The position numbers and the translations under genes were made by a program. 64,000 nucleotides of DNA, taken from assembly GCA_964388175.1 (NCBI GenBank), contig CAYLYS010000001.1, positions 908 to 64,907 of the forward strand, in the 5' to 3' direction. Positions within the stretch are counted from its first letter, which is position 1. Every line of letters starts with the position of its first letter. Below, one piece after another: positions 38,450 to 49,044 of the stretch. A model generated the notes under the pieces. That model did no database searches, was not told the origin of the DNA, and worked only from the letters and a program-made list of their open reading frames with translations. The stretch comes from an uncultured Chromatiales bacterium (GTDB lineage: Bacteria > Pseudomonadota > Gammaproteobacteria > SZUA-140).

Positions 38450-38869
38450 ATGCGGCGCGATACGATCGAAACCGATGGCAGCGATGACGACCGCGTCGTC
38501 CGGCGTTCCGGCAGGCGCTGGCTGTTCGCGGCGCTGGCGCTGCTGATCGCGCTGACAGCGGCGGCCGTCGGCATCCACCAGTATTCACGCTGGGCCGATC
38601 CCTGCGCCGGACTCGACCGTCATACGCTGTTTGCCCGCTATCCCGCAATGGAAGCCCTGTGGATACAGCAGCAGGAAGAGACCGAGCGGCTGCTGGCCCG
38701 CCAGCGGGCGCAGGACATTGCCATCAATCTCGATCTGGGCGGAGAACGGATCACGCCGGAAGAGGCGCTGCGCCTGTCGCTGAATCAGATCCATGAAATC
38801 TCGGACCTGCGCCAGGAGCACAAGGAGATTTTCCAGCGCACCTGTCGGGAGCTGCTGAGCGCGGACTGA
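38450..38869 (+). CDS. hypothetical membrane protein
   Basis: One TM helix (WLFAALALLIALTAAAVGI). Start set at MRRDTIET. Confidence 0.4.
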   Translation: MRRDTIETDGSDDDRVVRRSGRRWLFAALALLIALTAAAVGIHQYSRWADPCAGLDRHTLFARYPAMEALWIQQQEETERLLARQRAQDIAINLDLGGERITPEEALRLSLNQIHEISDLRQEHKEIFQRTCRELLSAD

Positions 38870-38892
38870 GCGGCGCGCCGACGCGGTTTCTC

Positions 38893-39372
38893 TTAAGGCA
38901 GGGTGGAAGGCGCGGTGGGCTGCTGGTCGGGAAAGTCGTCGCTGTGGGTGCCGAGCGCGATGACCTGGGCGCCGGGCGTCTGTTCCGTCGCGTCTTCACT
39001 TGTTCCCATCCGTATGCCGCGCGCTATGCGCGCGCGTAACGCCGTGGTTGCCGCGCGCAATACCGTGTCGACGATGAAATCCGCGTGTACATGGTAATAG
39101 CGCAGTTGGCAGCGCACAGGATCCTGCAGGCTGTGGCGGTCCCAGGGCTGGAAATCGCTCCATGCCAATACCGGCAGATCGTAGAACGTACGATCGATAC
39201 AGATCCAGGTACTGTGATCCAGCATCATGTCCATACCGCGCAGACCGGTCAGCGGCAGACGCAGCGGCAGCGTGGTCCGGCGCAGGCCGAGCCGGATGCT
39301 GTTGTAGAGCTGGGCGTCTATACGAGTGATTTCAGTATGCAGCGTGGGAATGTTGTCGATGCGAAGTTCCAT
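38893..39372 (-). CDS. hypothetical protein (possible PilZ-like)
   Basis: 159-aa C-terminal part of called ORF 38893..39810. Has an RxxxR motif (RLGLRR), but no clear DxSxxG motif. Confidence 0.35.
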   Translation of the reverse strand: MELRIDNIPTLHTEITRIDAQLYNSIRLGLRRTTLPLRLPLTGLRGMDMMLDHSTWICIDRTFYDLPVLAWSDFQPWDRHSLQDPVRCQLRYYHVHADFIVDTVLRAATTALRARIARGIRMGTSEDATEQTPGAQVIALGTHSDDFPDQQPTAPSTLP

Positions 39373-39502
39373 GATGTCCTGCGGTGTTCGGGGCCGTGTT
39401 GCTTGTCCCGAGGTTAACGGCTGGGCAGCGTGCTTCTGAAGTGTCCACGGACAGCGACAGCAAATCGTCGGGTCGGCTTCGTTGCGAAACAAGCGGCTGT
39501 TT

Positions 39503-40645
39503 TTATTGCGGTATTTGTTCTTTCGCCGAGGCCGGCGCGGCGGCGGTGGCGAGCAGATCGGCGCCCACGGCGCGCTGCCGCCAGCCTTGCAGGACGCGGC
39601 TTGCGGAGCGGTTGCGGATGAAATCGATGAGGTCGTTGCGCGAGGCCAGCACGGTGGGGTCCAGACCGTAATTCGCCGCTGCTGTCTGCACCGTTGCCGA
39701 CAGACGATCGAACAGGGCTTCTTCCTCGGCGCCGAGCGGTAGCGGGCGTCCACGCGCCGGCGCCAATTCCGCCGCCTGCAGGCCGCGGGCAATGGCCGCA
39801 AGCAATTCATCGCCGTGGCGAGCGACGCTCTGTTTACCGATGCCGCGCACTTGCTCCAGTTGCGCGGTATCGCCGGGTGCGCGGCAGGCGATCTCGATGA
39901 GGCATTCGTCGCGCACCAGCCAGCCGCGCGGTCTGTTGCGGCGCCGCGCGGTGTTTTCCCGCCAGGCGGCGAGCGCCTGCAGTACCGCGAGCTGGCGCCC
40001 CGTCATGCGCTGGGTGCCACGGATGCGCCGCCAGGTGTCCTCGGGCGTGTTGTCGTAGCGCGCCGGTTCGCAGGCGGCGGCGAAGTCTTCCGTCAGCCAG
40101 TCGAGCCTGCCCTGCGCCGCCAGCCGTTCGCGCAGCGCCATATACAGCGGGCCGAGGAACAAGACGTCGTCGGCGGCATAAGCGAGTTGACCGGCGCTGA
40201 GTGGACGCCGGCTCCAGTCGGTGCGCGTCTGATCCTTTTCCAGGTGTTCGCCGATCACGTCCTCGACCAGTCGTGCATAGCTCGACTGCGCCGGCAGGCC
40301 GAGCAGCGGCGCTGCGATCTGGGTGTCGAAAATCGGCGCCGGCAGTGTTCCGCGCAGATGAAAGAAAATCTCCATGTCCTGGTGACAGGCATGAAAGATC
40401 TTGGTTACGGCCGGGTCGTAGAGGATCTCGAGCAGGGGATCGAGCTCGGGCAAGGCGATCGGATCGACGCAAGCGACCATGGCGTCGGGGGTGCCGATCT
40501 GCAACAGGCACAGGCGCGGGTAATAGGTTTCCTCGCGCATGAACTCGGTATCGACCGTGAGCCAGGCTTGCCCGGCGAGGTCGCGGCACAGCCTGCGCAG
40601 CGTCTCGGCGTTGTCCACATAACGTATGTCCGCCTGCGCGCGCAT
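39503..40645 (-). CDS. rnd: ribonuclease D
   Basis: DEDDy 3'-5' exonuclease domain followed by HRDC domains, aligning with RNase D. Confidence 0.85.
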   Translation of the reverse strand: MRAQADIRYVDNAETLRRLCRDLAGQAWLTVDTEFMREETYYPRLCLLQIGTPDAMVACVDPIALPELDPLLEILYDPAVTKIFHACHQDMEIFFHLRGTLPAPIFDTQIAAPLLGLPAQSSYARLVEDVIGEHLEKDQTRTDWSRRPLSAGQLAYAADDVLFLGPLYMALRERLAAQGRLDWLTEDFAAACEPARYDNTPEDTWRRIRGTQRMTGRQLAVLQALAAWRENTARRRNRPRGWLVRDECLIEIACRAPGDTAQLEQVRGIGKQSVARHGDELLAAIARGLQAAELAPARGRPLPLGAEEEALFDRLSATVQTAAANYGLDPTVLASRNDLIDFIRNRSASRVLQGWRQRAVGADLLATAAAPASAKEQIPQ

Positions 40646-40667
40646 GGCTTGGTCTGCAGCGGATGGT

Positions 40668-41483
40668 CTAGAACTGATGCGTTGCCGGCGGGTCGCCGGG
40701 CAGGCTTTGCATGTGCTGCTCGATACGACGCTGCCGTTTCTCTATTTCGGCGTGATCGATCGGCTGCGCCGATTGCGCCATGACGTCGGCGCGGGTCAGC
40801 ACCTCGTACTCGGCGGGCACGCGCAGCAGCGCGGGATCGTGCTCGGCGTCGAGTTCGATGCGGGTGACGCGATGGATCACGCGCTGCTGCGCGTCCAGCG
40901 TGCGCATGGGGATGCCGAGGCGCGGATAGTGGTCATCGATCAGGTCTTCGACGGCCTCACACAAGCGTTCCGCTGCAGTGAGCTGGATCAGCACGCGCCG
41001 CTCCTCGTCGTGGGTGCTGGCGGACATCGTGCTGACGAAGCGACTGATCGCCGGTACTTCGAGCGCGGCGGGCGCGAGGTATTCATCGAAACAGTGCTGG
41101 CCGCCGACGGTGACGCGGTAGTGCACGGTGGCATAGCCGGCGATCGTCGGTCCGGCGCGACCGCGTTCGAAGCGGATCAGCGGCGGCGGTACCTGCGCGG
41201 TGTTCAATTCGCCGTGTTCCGAGCGCGTGGGCATGGGTGACTGCATGTCCATGGCATAGCGCCGGGTATCGTCGATCGCGAACGCCTGACGGCGCTCGAG
41301 ATCGAGGAGGATGTGAATGTCGCTGCCGTTGCGGTCGATGCGCGCCATCTGATCGCTGATCAGGACGCGTGCCGGACGATCATCCGCGCCCAGGCTCTCG
41401 ATCAGCACGTCGGCGCGAGCGGCCGCTGCGCCGAGGGCATGGACGATGAGGATGGCGACGAGCGGCAACGGGCGTGGATACAT
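40668..41483 (-). CDS. hypothetical secreted protein
   Basis: Signal peptide only. No known domain. Confidence 0.45.
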   Translation of the reverse strand: MYPRPLPLVAILIVHALGAAAARADVLIESLGADDRPARVLISDQMARIDRNGSDIHILLDLERRQAFAIDDTRRYAMDMQSPMPTRSEHGELNTAQVPPPLIRFERGRAGPTIAGYATVHYRVTVGGQHCFDEYLAPAALEVPAISRFVSTMSASTHDEERRVLIQLTAAERLCEAVEDLIDDHYPRLGIPMRTLDAQQRVIHRVTRIELDAEHDPALLRVPAEYEVLTRADVMAQSAQPIDHAEIEKRQRRIEQHMQSLPGDPPATHQF

Positions 41484-41535
41484 GGCGGCGGAGCGGGTTC
41501 GTTCAGGTGCGTTGAGCTTGCGGGATGCGCCGGGC

Positions 41536-44514
41536 CTACAAACGGTGCACTGCCATGCTCAGGTCGCCATCGCGATCGAGCTGCGCGGCACTGGTGATGA
41601 CCGCCTGGCTTGCCCGTTCCGGTCTGAGCCAGGTTTCGCCGACCCGGCGCAGATCCTCCAGCGTGACTTCGAGCACGCGTGCCCGGTAGCGCTGGCGCTG
41701 GGCCGGCGTCCGTCCATACAGCGCATTGTGGAAAGCGCTCTTCGCTTCTCCGGCGGGTGAGCCCGGTTTGTCGATGTTGCCGATGATGCCGAGGATGGCC
41801 TCTTCGAGTTGACGCGCTTCGTGCCCGCCGCCGAGCAGCCAATCGATGGCGCGGTCGAAATCCGCCAGCGTTTCGCCGAGACGCGGATCGCGGTAGGAGT
41901 AGAAGCGGAAGGCGCCGATGTCGCCATCGTGGCCGGCGCCGCCGCCATAGGCGCCGCCCTGTTCGCGGATCGCGCGATGCAGGAAACCATTGCGCAGGAA
42001 TGGCCCCAGTACTTCCAGTGCCGGTGCATCGGGGTGTTCGAGCGCTACGGTGGGATAGACGCGGGCGCAGAAATTGACCTGTGTGCTGGTGATCCAGAGC
42101 TGGCGCACCTGAGCCTGCACCGGCGCGTGGGAGAAGGCGCTGAAGTCCCGCGCCGGCGCGTTCGTCGTCCATGCGGCGCGCAGCTCCTCGCGCAGTTGGC
42201 CGCGCCGGTATTCCTCGCCGACGAGCAGAAACTGGCGCGGCGCCTGCAGGATGCGCTGGTGTATCTCGCGCAGATCCCCGGCGAAGGCGGTCAGCACGGC
42301 GGGGTCTTCCGCCCGGTCGTCGAGCGCCTTCAGCGCCTTGATGCCGTGCAGACCGCGCAGGCGATGGCTGATCGCGGCGACCGGGCTGATGCCGCTGCTC
42401 GCCGCCGCCATGGCCAGCGAGTGACCCTGCCCGGTGATGCTCTGCTCCATGCGGGCGCGCTCCTGCGCCAGCAGTTCGCGCAGCCGCGGCAGCTCGTCGA
42501 AGCGCGCCGTTTCCAGCGTGTCCTGCATCAGGCGTGAGAATCCTTCGTGCTGGTCGGCGAGCGCCTTGCCGGAGAGCACGAAATGCGCGCGGATGTCCTG
42601 CGCGTCGTCGATGCGGCCGCGCATGGAAGTGAAGGCGCTGATGCCGCCACTGAGCCGGTCCTGCCGGATCTGGGTGGCGAGATAATCCTGTCCGCCGCAA
42701 CCGATTTCGGTCAGCGAACGCGTGTAATAGGGAAGACGGTCGAGCAAGGCGTCATCGAGTTGCGGCAGCTCGGCGATGAGCTGCTGGTACACCAGACCGT
42801 TGGTGCCCTGGGCATAGAAAGTCAGACGCTGGCCGCCGACATCCTCTTCATCCCCACTCGGGATCGGCGTTTCTTCGGGGATATCCGCCAGTCCGACCTT
42901 GGGCAGGATGTCGGGATCGTCATGGCGCTGCTGTCTTTCCTGCAGGCGGGCGGCACGTTCGACCAGTTCCTGCCGCTGTCGTTCGTCGAGCCCCGATCGG
43001 ATCGCGGCCAGGCGCTCGGCTTCCGCCGCGGCACGCCGGCGGCTGAGCTCGGTGTCGGGTCGCATGGTCAGGCGCACGCGATGCGGATTGTCGAGCAGGA
43101 ACTCGCGGATCAGCCGCGGCAGGAAGGCGGGATCCTGTACGTCGCTGCGCAGTTTTTCCAGCACCGGATCGAGGTTCAGCGTGGCCACGGGGTCGCCGCG
43201 GTGGATCGCGGCGGCCAGCGCACTGAGGATGAGCTGCAGGCCGTAGGGATAGCCGTCACCGCCGATTTCGCGGCGATGCAGTTCGAGCTGGTGCAGGGCC
43301 GCTTCGCTCAGCTCCTGCGGCACGCCTTCGCGCGCGACGCGTTCGAGCACTTTCAGCACCAGTTTTTCCACCGCTTCGGCATGTTCCGGGCTGCTGCCTT
43401 CGACGCCGCAGACGAAGACCATTTCCCGATTCGAATCCTCCAGCCCGCACAGCGGCGAGGGCGCCGAACCGAGCGCGCTGGTTTCCAGCGCGTGGCGCAG
43501 GGGCGACGCGCTGTTGTCGAGCAGGATGCCGGCGAGCAGATGTGCCCTGAGCAGATCCTCGATCTCGGTACTGCGGCCGAGCAGCCAGCCGAGCACGATA
43601 TGGGTTTTGTCGTCGGTTTCTTCTTCTTCCAGCGCGTAGCTCGCCTCGGTGACGACCGGCGCCCGATAGCGCTGTTCGTCCTCGACGGCGATGGTTTCGT
43701 CCAGGCGGGCGAAGCGAACCAGGGCCTGTTCATGCATGCGCTGCTGATGGCGCGCCGCCGGCAGCGAACCGAAGGTCATGAACACCGCGTTGGACGGATG
43801 GTAATGGCTGCGGTAGAACGCGGTCAGTTCCTCGTAGCTGAGGTCGGGAATGCATTCCGGCTCGCCGCCGCTGTTGTAGTGATAGGTTGTGGTCGGGTAC
43901 AGGTGCTCGCACAGCGTATGCCAGAGCGCACTGACCGGCGTGCTCATGGCGCCCTTCATTTCGTTGAAGACCACACCCTTGTATACCAGCGCGCTGGACG
44001 GATCGGACGGGTTCTCGAATTCGATGCGATGGCCTTCCTGGGCGAAGTCGAGTTCGTCGAGGCGGGCGAAGAAAGCCGCGTCGAGGTAGACATCCATCAG
44101 ATTGTAGAAGTCTTTCTCGTTCTGGCTGGCGAACGGGTAGGCGGTCCAGTCGCTGCTGGTGAAAGCATTCATGAAGGTGTTCAGCGAGCGGCGGATCATC
44201 ATGAAAAAGGGATCGCGCACCGGATAGCGCTCACTGCCGCACAGCGCCGTGTGCTCCAGGATATGGGCGACGCCGGTCGAGTCCATGGGAACGGTGCGAA
44301 AGGCGACCAGGAAGACGTTTTCCGGGTGGTCCGCGGCGAGATGATAGTGCAGCGCGCCGGTCTGGCGGTGGCGGTATTCCTCGACGCGCAGGTTGAGCGA
44401 TGCGATGTGCTCGCTGCGGATCCAGTCGAAGCTGTCGTGGGGACGCGGTGCGCCGCTGTCGTTACTGCTGCCGGCGCCGGGCAGTGTGGTGCTGTCGCTA
44501 CGTGCAGTACTCAT
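41536..44514 (-). CDS. M16 family metallopeptidase (PreP/falcilysin-like, M16C)
   Basis: Inverzincin motif HILEHTALCGSERYP. 992 aa, matching the four-domain M16C architecture. Confidence 0.85.
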   Translation of the reverse strand: MSTARSDSTTLPGAGSSNDSGAPRPHDSFDWIRSEHIASLNLRVEEYRHRQTGALHYHLAADHPENVFLVAFRTVPMDSTGVAHILEHTALCGSERYPVRDPFFMMIRRSLNTFMNAFTSSDWTAYPFASQNEKDFYNLMDVYLDAAFFARLDELDFAQEGHRIEFENPSDPSSALVYKGVVFNEMKGAMSTPVSALWHTLCEHLYPTTTYHYNSGGEPECIPDLSYEELTAFYRSHYHPSNAVFMTFGSLPAARHQQRMHEQALVRFARLDETIAVEDEQRYRAPVVTEASYALEEEETDDKTHIVLGWLLGRSTEIEDLLRAHLLAGILLDNSASPLRHALETSALGSAPSPLCGLEDSNREMVFVCGVEGSSPEHAEAVEKLVLKVLERVAREGVPQELSEAALHQLELHRREIGGDGYPYGLQLILSALAAAIHRGDPVATLNLDPVLEKLRSDVQDPAFLPRLIREFLLDNPHRVRLTMRPDTELSRRRAAAEAERLAAIRSGLDERQRQELVERAARLQERQQRHDDPDILPKVGLADIPEETPIPSGDEEDVGGQRLTFYAQGTNGLVYQQLIAELPQLDDALLDRLPYYTRSLTEIGCGGQDYLATQIRQDRLSGGISAFTSMRGRIDDAQDIRAHFVLSGKALADQHEGFSRLMQDTLETARFDELPRLRELLAQERARMEQSITGQGHSLAMAAASSGISPVAAISHRLRGLHGIKALKALDDRAEDPAVLTAFAGDLREIHQRILQAPRQFLLVGEEYRRGQLREELRAAWTTNAPARDFSAFSHAPVQAQVRQLWITSTQVNFCARVYPTVALEHPDAPALEVLGPFLRNGFLHRAIREQGGAYGGGAGHDGDIGAFRFYSYRDPRLGETLADFDRAIDWLLGGGHEARQLEEAILGIIGNIDKPGSPAGEAKSAFHNALYGRTPAQRQRYRARVLEVTLEDLRRVGETWLRPERASQAVITSAAQLDRDGDLSMAVHRL

Positions 44515-44675
44515 GCCGCGTGGGTTCCGTTCCTGGAAGAGACAATGGAACCATTCTACGGTCTCGTGGCGTGCTTGGCCAATGCGGCCCTATCACGGCG
44601 CCCGTCACTGTGCCTGATCACGATGCCTGATCAGGCCGCCTGTCGGGGTGTCGGGCGCGGGGACGCATGCCGGTA

Positions 44676-45530
44676 TCAGGCACTGAACAGGTTGATCGCT
44701 TCGAGATACTGCACCCGCGTTTGCTCGACGATATCGACCAGCAGTGTCTCATCGCCATCCAGGCCGGTCATCTCCCAGGCCTGTTCGTCGATGACCAGCC
44801 GTTCTGCCGGCGTGGCATAGAAAGCGCCATGCTCGCAGTGGTTTGCCATGGTATCGGCGATGTGCACGATGGCCGCTTCCAGCGCGGCCTGGCCGGCGGA
44901 AGACGGCGTGTGATGCCAGCGCGTCGCCTGGATGAGCTCCTGCGGCAGTTGCCAGCGGTCGAGCAGCAGGGCGCCGATATCGGCGTGGTTGAAGCCGAAG
45001 ATGCGTGTTTCCTTGCGCGCCAGCGCGTTTTCGTCGCCCTGGGCGTCGAGCAGCAGGTCGCGGATGGTGTCCGGGGCGCGATGATAGACGATGAGGTTGC
45101 CGATGTCGTGCAGGACGCCGGCGACGAAGAGGCGCTCCGGGTGCAGCACCTTGCAGCGGCGTGCCAGTTCGCGCGCGATGATGCCGCAGCACACACCGTG
45201 GCGCCAGAAGGTGTCGATGTTGACGATGAAATTGGGGATGCGCGAAAAGGAGGTGATGGCGGCGACCGCGACCACCAGATTGTACAGTTCGCTGGTGCCG
45301 ATCACGGTGACCGCGCGGGAAACGGTGTCGATTCGGCGCGGAAAGCCGTAGAAGGAGCTGTTGACGATACGCAGCAGGCGCGCGGTCAGGCTCGGATCAC
45401 GCGTGATGACGTTGCCGAGGGACTGTGCCGAGGCGGCGTTGCTTTCCATCAGCTCGAAGATCTTGATGCAGACATCCGGCGGCGAGACCAGAGCGCCTGC
45501 GTCCCTGACCCAGGCTTCGGCGGTCTCCAT
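44676..45530 (-). CDS. HDOD domain-containing signalling protein
   Basis: HD-related output domain pattern. 284-aa C-terminal part of called ORF 44676..46070. Confidence 0.65.
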   Translation of the reverse strand: METAEAWVRDAGALVSPPDVCIKIFELMESNAASAQSLGNVITRDPSLTARLLRIVNSSFYGFPRRIDTVSRAVTVIGTSELYNLVVAVAAITSFSRIPNFIVNIDTFWRHGVCCGIIARELARRCKVLHPERLFVAGVLHDIGNLIVYHRAPDTIRDLLLDAQGDENALARKETRIFGFNHADIGALLLDRWQLPQELIQATRWHHTPSSAGQAALEAAIVHIADTMANHCEHGAFYATPAERLVIDEQAWEMTGLDGDETLLVDIVEQTRVQYLEAINLFSA

Positions 45531-45776
45531 GGCATTGATGGGGGCGTTGCCAGGGGCATTGGCAGGAGCGCCGGCGTCGGCAGGCGGTTGATGCTGGTTT
45601 TTTGTTTTTGTTCTCACAGGGCTGCTCCACGAGGCGGTCCATGATGGCGGTATGCCGATCCCTTTAATTAGCGGTCCGGCAGCCTGGTTTATTGAGGGGC
45701 GGATGGGCCGGATGGCCGCCGGGCGGGCGGAAACTGGTAGACTGCTTTCAGTTAATGTGGCCGGGAGCACGGATTC

Positions 45777-45965
45777 ATGGCGCTGTGGGAACAGATTCTG
45801 CTGGGCGTGCTGGCGTTGCTGGTGCTGTTGTGGTTCCGCCCGGGCCTCAAGGCGGCGATGCAGAAAAGCCGGGACGCCGAGCAGAAGGACTGGCGCGGGG
45901 CGCTGCTGCCGGTGGGCATGGTGGTGCTTTTCGTGGTGTTGCTGATCGCGATGGTCCGCGGCTGA
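45777..45965 (+). CDS. small membrane protein (62 aa, 2 TM)
   Basis: Two hydrophobic helices. Immediately upstream of the L,D-transpeptidase gene. Confidence 0.35.
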   Translation: MALWEQILLGVLALLVLLWFRPGLKAAMQKSRDAEQKDWRGALLPVGMVVLFVVLLIAMVRG

Positions 45966-45990
45966 CGCGGTGCCAGGGAGGGGGAAGGGA

Positions 45991-47208
45991 ATGATTCTGA
46001 GAGGGACGCGCGGAAGGATCGTGCCCGCGCTGGTGCTGGCGCTCATCACTGCGCCGGCGTGGTCCGCCACCTACCGGCTGCCGGCGCCCGGCAATGACAT
46101 CGTCGGCAAGATATCGGTGGTGAACGTCGCCGAGGGCGAGACGCTGATCGATATCGCGCGGGAGCACGGCCTGGGTTACCAGGAGCTGGTGGATGCCAAC
46201 CGCCATCTCGATCCCTGGCTGCCGCCGACGGGCGCCAAAGTGCTGCTGCCCACCCGTTACGTGCTGCCGAGCGCTCCCCGCAGCGGGATCATCGTCAACA
46301 TCGCCGAGATGCGGCTCTATTACTATCCGCCGCCGGTTGCGGATGAATCCGGAAATGAATCAGGCGTCGTGCTGACCTTCCCCATCGGCATCGGCGAAGA
46401 AGGTTATTCCACGCCGCTCGGTATCACCCGCATCATCGCCAAGGCCGAGGATCCGCCCTGGGTGGTGCCGGCTTCGATCCGCGCCGAGTATGAGCGGGCG
46501 GGGACGCCGCTGCCGGCCGTGGTGCCGCCGGGGCCGGACAATCCGCTCGGTCGCCATTCGCTGCGGCTCGGCTGGAGCAGCTATCTCATCCACGGCACCA
46601 ACAAGGCCTTCGGTATCGGCATGCGAGTGAGCCACGGTTGCATACGCATGTATCCCGAGCACGTGGAGCGATTGTTCCGCATGGTGCCGGTATCGACGCC
46701 GGTGTGGATCATCGATCAGCCCAACAAGCTGGGGCGCGAGGACGGGCACCTCTATCTGGAGGCGCATACGCCGATCGTCCATGCCGGCGCGCCGCCCGCC
46801 GATTACGTTTCCACCGTCGTCGCGGCAGTGGAAGCGGTAACGGCGGCGGATGATCTGGACACCGTCCGCGCCACGGTGGGACGGATCGTGCAGCAGCAGT
46901 CGGGTCTGCCCGAGCCCGTGGCGATCGCGGTATCACCGCCGTTGCAGGCGGATGGCTGGGTGCTGCAGTTCGGCGCCTTCTCGAACAAGGCGAATGCCTC
47001 ACGCCTGGCGGACGAATTCCTGGCGCTGGGCGCGTCCGTGTCGGTGCAGGCACACAGCAGCAAAGGTTACTGTCATGTGCTCGTCGGGCCGTACGCCGAC
47101 CGGGATGCCGCGCGCGAGGCGCTGGCCGGATACGCAGATACGACCGGGCACCGGGGCGAGATTCTGCCGGCGGATCGCCCTGGTCTGCTCAGTGAGTGTG
47201 TATTGTGA
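45991..47208 (+). CDS. L,D-transpeptidase (YkuD) with LysM and C-terminal SPOR-like domains
   Basis: Signal peptide, a LysM domain, and the YkuD catalytic motif HGTNKAFGIGMRVSHGCIRM. A strong GGAGGGGGAAGGG RBS precedes ATG. Confidence 0.85.
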   Translation: MILRGTRGRIVPALVLALITAPAWSATYRLPAPGNDIVGKISVVNVAEGETLIDIAREHGLGYQELVDANRHLDPWLPPTGAKVLLPTRYVLPSAPRSGIIVNIAEMRLYYYPPPVADESGNESGVVLTFPIGIGEEGYSTPLGITRIIAKAEDPPWVVPASIRAEYERAGTPLPAVVPPGPDNPLGRHSLRLGWSSYLIHGTNKAFGIGMRVSHGCIRMYPEHVERLFRMVPVSTPVWIIDQPNKLGREDGHLYLEAHTPIVHAGAPPADYVSTVVAAVEAVTAADDLDTVRATVGRIVQQQSGLPEPVAIAVSPPLQADGWVLQFGAFSNKANASRLADEFLALGASVSVQAHSSKGYCHVLVGPYADRDAAREALAGYADTTGHRGEILPADRPGLLSECVL

Positions 47209-47220
47209 GGGGAAAGACGG

Positions 47221-47262
47221 GGAGGCGTCCCGCAGTGATGCGGACGCCTCCCCGCGGCATCG
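47221..47262. terminator. bidirectional rho-independent terminator hairpin
   Basis: Perfect inverted repeat GGGGAGGCGTCCGCA...TGCGGACGCCTCCCC between the convergent Ldt and Lpp-like genes. Confidence 0.55.
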
Positions 47263-47268
47263 ACGGGC

Positions 47269-47595
47269 TTACTTTGCCTGCGAGCGCTGGAACATGCGCT
47301 CGGCTTTCTCTTCCGCGCGGGCTGCGGCTTCCTGCGCGGCGCGTGCATCCTGGGTCGCCTGCTGGGCGGCACGCTGTGCGTCCTGAGCAGCCTGGCTGGC
47401 GCGTGACGCTTCATTGCGCGCCTGCTGGGCGGCGGACAGCGCTTCCCTGGACGTGTTCAGCGCCTCGTCGGCGGTGGACTGAGCGGCAGCGGCTTCTTCC
47501 GAAACGCGATCCAGATCGGCCTGGCCGATGCTGGCGCATCCGCTGATCTGCAGGGCCAGCAGGGCTGCGGCGGCGATGGAAAGGGATCTGATCAT
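47269..47595 (-). CDS. alanine-zipper Lpp/OprI-like outer-membrane lipoprotein
   Basis: Lipobox LQISGC followed by Ala/Gln-rich coiled-coil heptads. Confidence 0.65.
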   Translation of the reverse strand: MIRSLSIAAAALLALQISGCASIGQADLDRVSEEAAAAQSTADEALNTSREALSAAQQARNEASRASQAAQDAQRAAQQATQDARAAQEAAARAEEKAERMFQRSQAK

Positions 47596-47807
47596 GGCGT
47601 TTAACCTCCTTATCGTTCGTGTGAATGACGCCTGCGCATAAATTACCGGATCGAGCGGCCTTTGTCACTGTCAGTAAAAAGCGTCACCGCAGGCGATTTG
47701 ACCTCGCGCCATGTGCATTGCAGAATTGGGCGCGCAACAGGACCTTACAGCGTGTGGAGCCGCTGGTGCGGGCGCGCGTCAGGGCGGCACGGCGATATTG
47801 GTGGGTG

Positions 47808-48545
47808 ATGATGACGCGGAAAGTTTTACAGACTCCCTTACAGATCCTGTTCGCGCTGATGTGTCTGCTCGCCGCGCCGACGCTGTCGGCGCAGACGCCG
47901 GATATCTACGCGGAAGACTTCGATGATGAGGATATCCGGCTGATCGCCGATCCGCTCGAGCGTTACAACCGGGTGATGTTCGCCTTCAACGACCGTGTTT
48001 ATTTCTATGTGCTCAAGCCGGTCGTGCGCACCTACCGCCACGTGCCGCGGCCGGTGCGGATATCGATCGGCAACTTCTTTTCCAATCTGCGCGCCCCGAT
48101 CCGCATGGTCAATTCACTGCTTCAGCTGAAACTGGTCGATGCCGGCAACGAGCTGCTGCGCTTCGGCATCAATTCCACCGTCGGCCTGGGCGGCTTTTTC
48201 GATCCTGCGCAGCAGTATCTGGGCATTCGCATCAGCGACGAGGATCTGGGGCAGACGCTGGGGCATTACGGCGTCGGCCAGGGCTTTTACTTCGTGATGC
48301 CTTTCTTCGGCGGGACCACACTGCGCGACGGCCTGGCGGGTGCGGTCGATGCCTATTACCTCGACCCGGTGATCATCTACCCCGACGACAGCGCGGTTTC
48401 CGCCGGACTGATAGCCCTGAACATGGTCAACGGTTTTTCTCTCGACCGCGATACCTACGAGACCATCAAGCGCGAGGCGTTCGATCCCTATAGCTTCGTG
48501 CGCGATGCCTACGTGCAGCAGCGCCAGGCTAAGGTCGCGCGCTAG
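47808..48545 (+). CDS. mlaA: MlaA/VacJ family lipoprotein
   Basis: NRVMFAFNDRVYFYVLKPVVRTY and the GFFDPA motif typical of VacJ. Start set at MMTRKVL. Confidence 0.85.
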   Translation: MMTRKVLQTPLQILFALMCLLAAPTLSAQTPDIYAEDFDDEDIRLIADPLERYNRVMFAFNDRVYFYVLKPVVRTYRHVPRPVRISIGNFFSNLRAPIRMVNSLLQLKLVDAGNELLRFGINSTVGLGGFFDPAQQYLGIRISDEDLGQTLGHYGVGQGFYFVMPFFGGTTLRDGLAGAVDAYYLDPVIIYPDDSAVSAGLIALNMVNGFSLDRDTYETIKREAFDPYSFVRDAYVQQRQAKVAR

Positions 48546-49044
48546 GGCGCAGCAGCAGATAGAAGGCGAGGGCGGCGAAGCCGGCGAAGGCGATCAGCGT
48601 CCAGCTCGGCATGCTCAGGCCGAGCATGCGCCAGCTCACTTCCGCGCATTCCCCCGAACCGCGCAGCACCAGCTCCAGCGTGCGCGCGAGGGGGAAATTC
48701 TCCAGCATGTAGTCGAGTCCCGGTCCGCAGGAGGGCACGCGGTCTTCGGGCAGATTCTCCAGCCACACATGACGTCCGGCGACCGCCGCACCGGCGGCTG
48801 CCGCCAGGATGAGCAGCCCGGCGTAGATGCGCTGTCCGAGCCGTCCGGGATTGTGCAGGGCGGCGACCAGAAAAACGATGCCCAGCACGATCACGGCGAC
48901 GCGCTGCAGGACGCACAAAGGGCACGGTTCCAGCCCGTCCACATGCTGCAGGTAGAGCGCCGTGGCCATGAGCAGCACGCAGGCGAGGAAGCCGGCGAGA
49001 AACAGAGGGCGGGCGTGGGCGAGATGTCGGAGCGGGCCGTTCAT
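48529..49044 (-). CDS. dsbB: disulfide bond formation protein B
   Basis: Four TM helices with CPLC and C...C periplasmic loop pairs. 171 aa. Confidence 0.85.
   Translation of the reverse strand: MNGPLRHLAHARPLFLAGFLACVLLMATALYLQHVDGLEPCPLCVLQRVAVIVLGIVFLVAALHNPGRLGQRIYAGLLILAAAAGAAVAGRHVWLENLPEDRVPSCGPGLDYMLENFPLARTLELVLRGSGECAEVSWRMLGLSMPSWTLIAFAGFAALAFYLLLRPSARP

Noticed and set aside
36851-38578. 575-aa minus-strand ORF opposite the Lpd-like gene
   Set aside because: Antisense shadow ORF.
42547-44820. 757-aa plus-strand ORF opposite the M16 peptidase
   Set aside because: Antisense shadow ORF.
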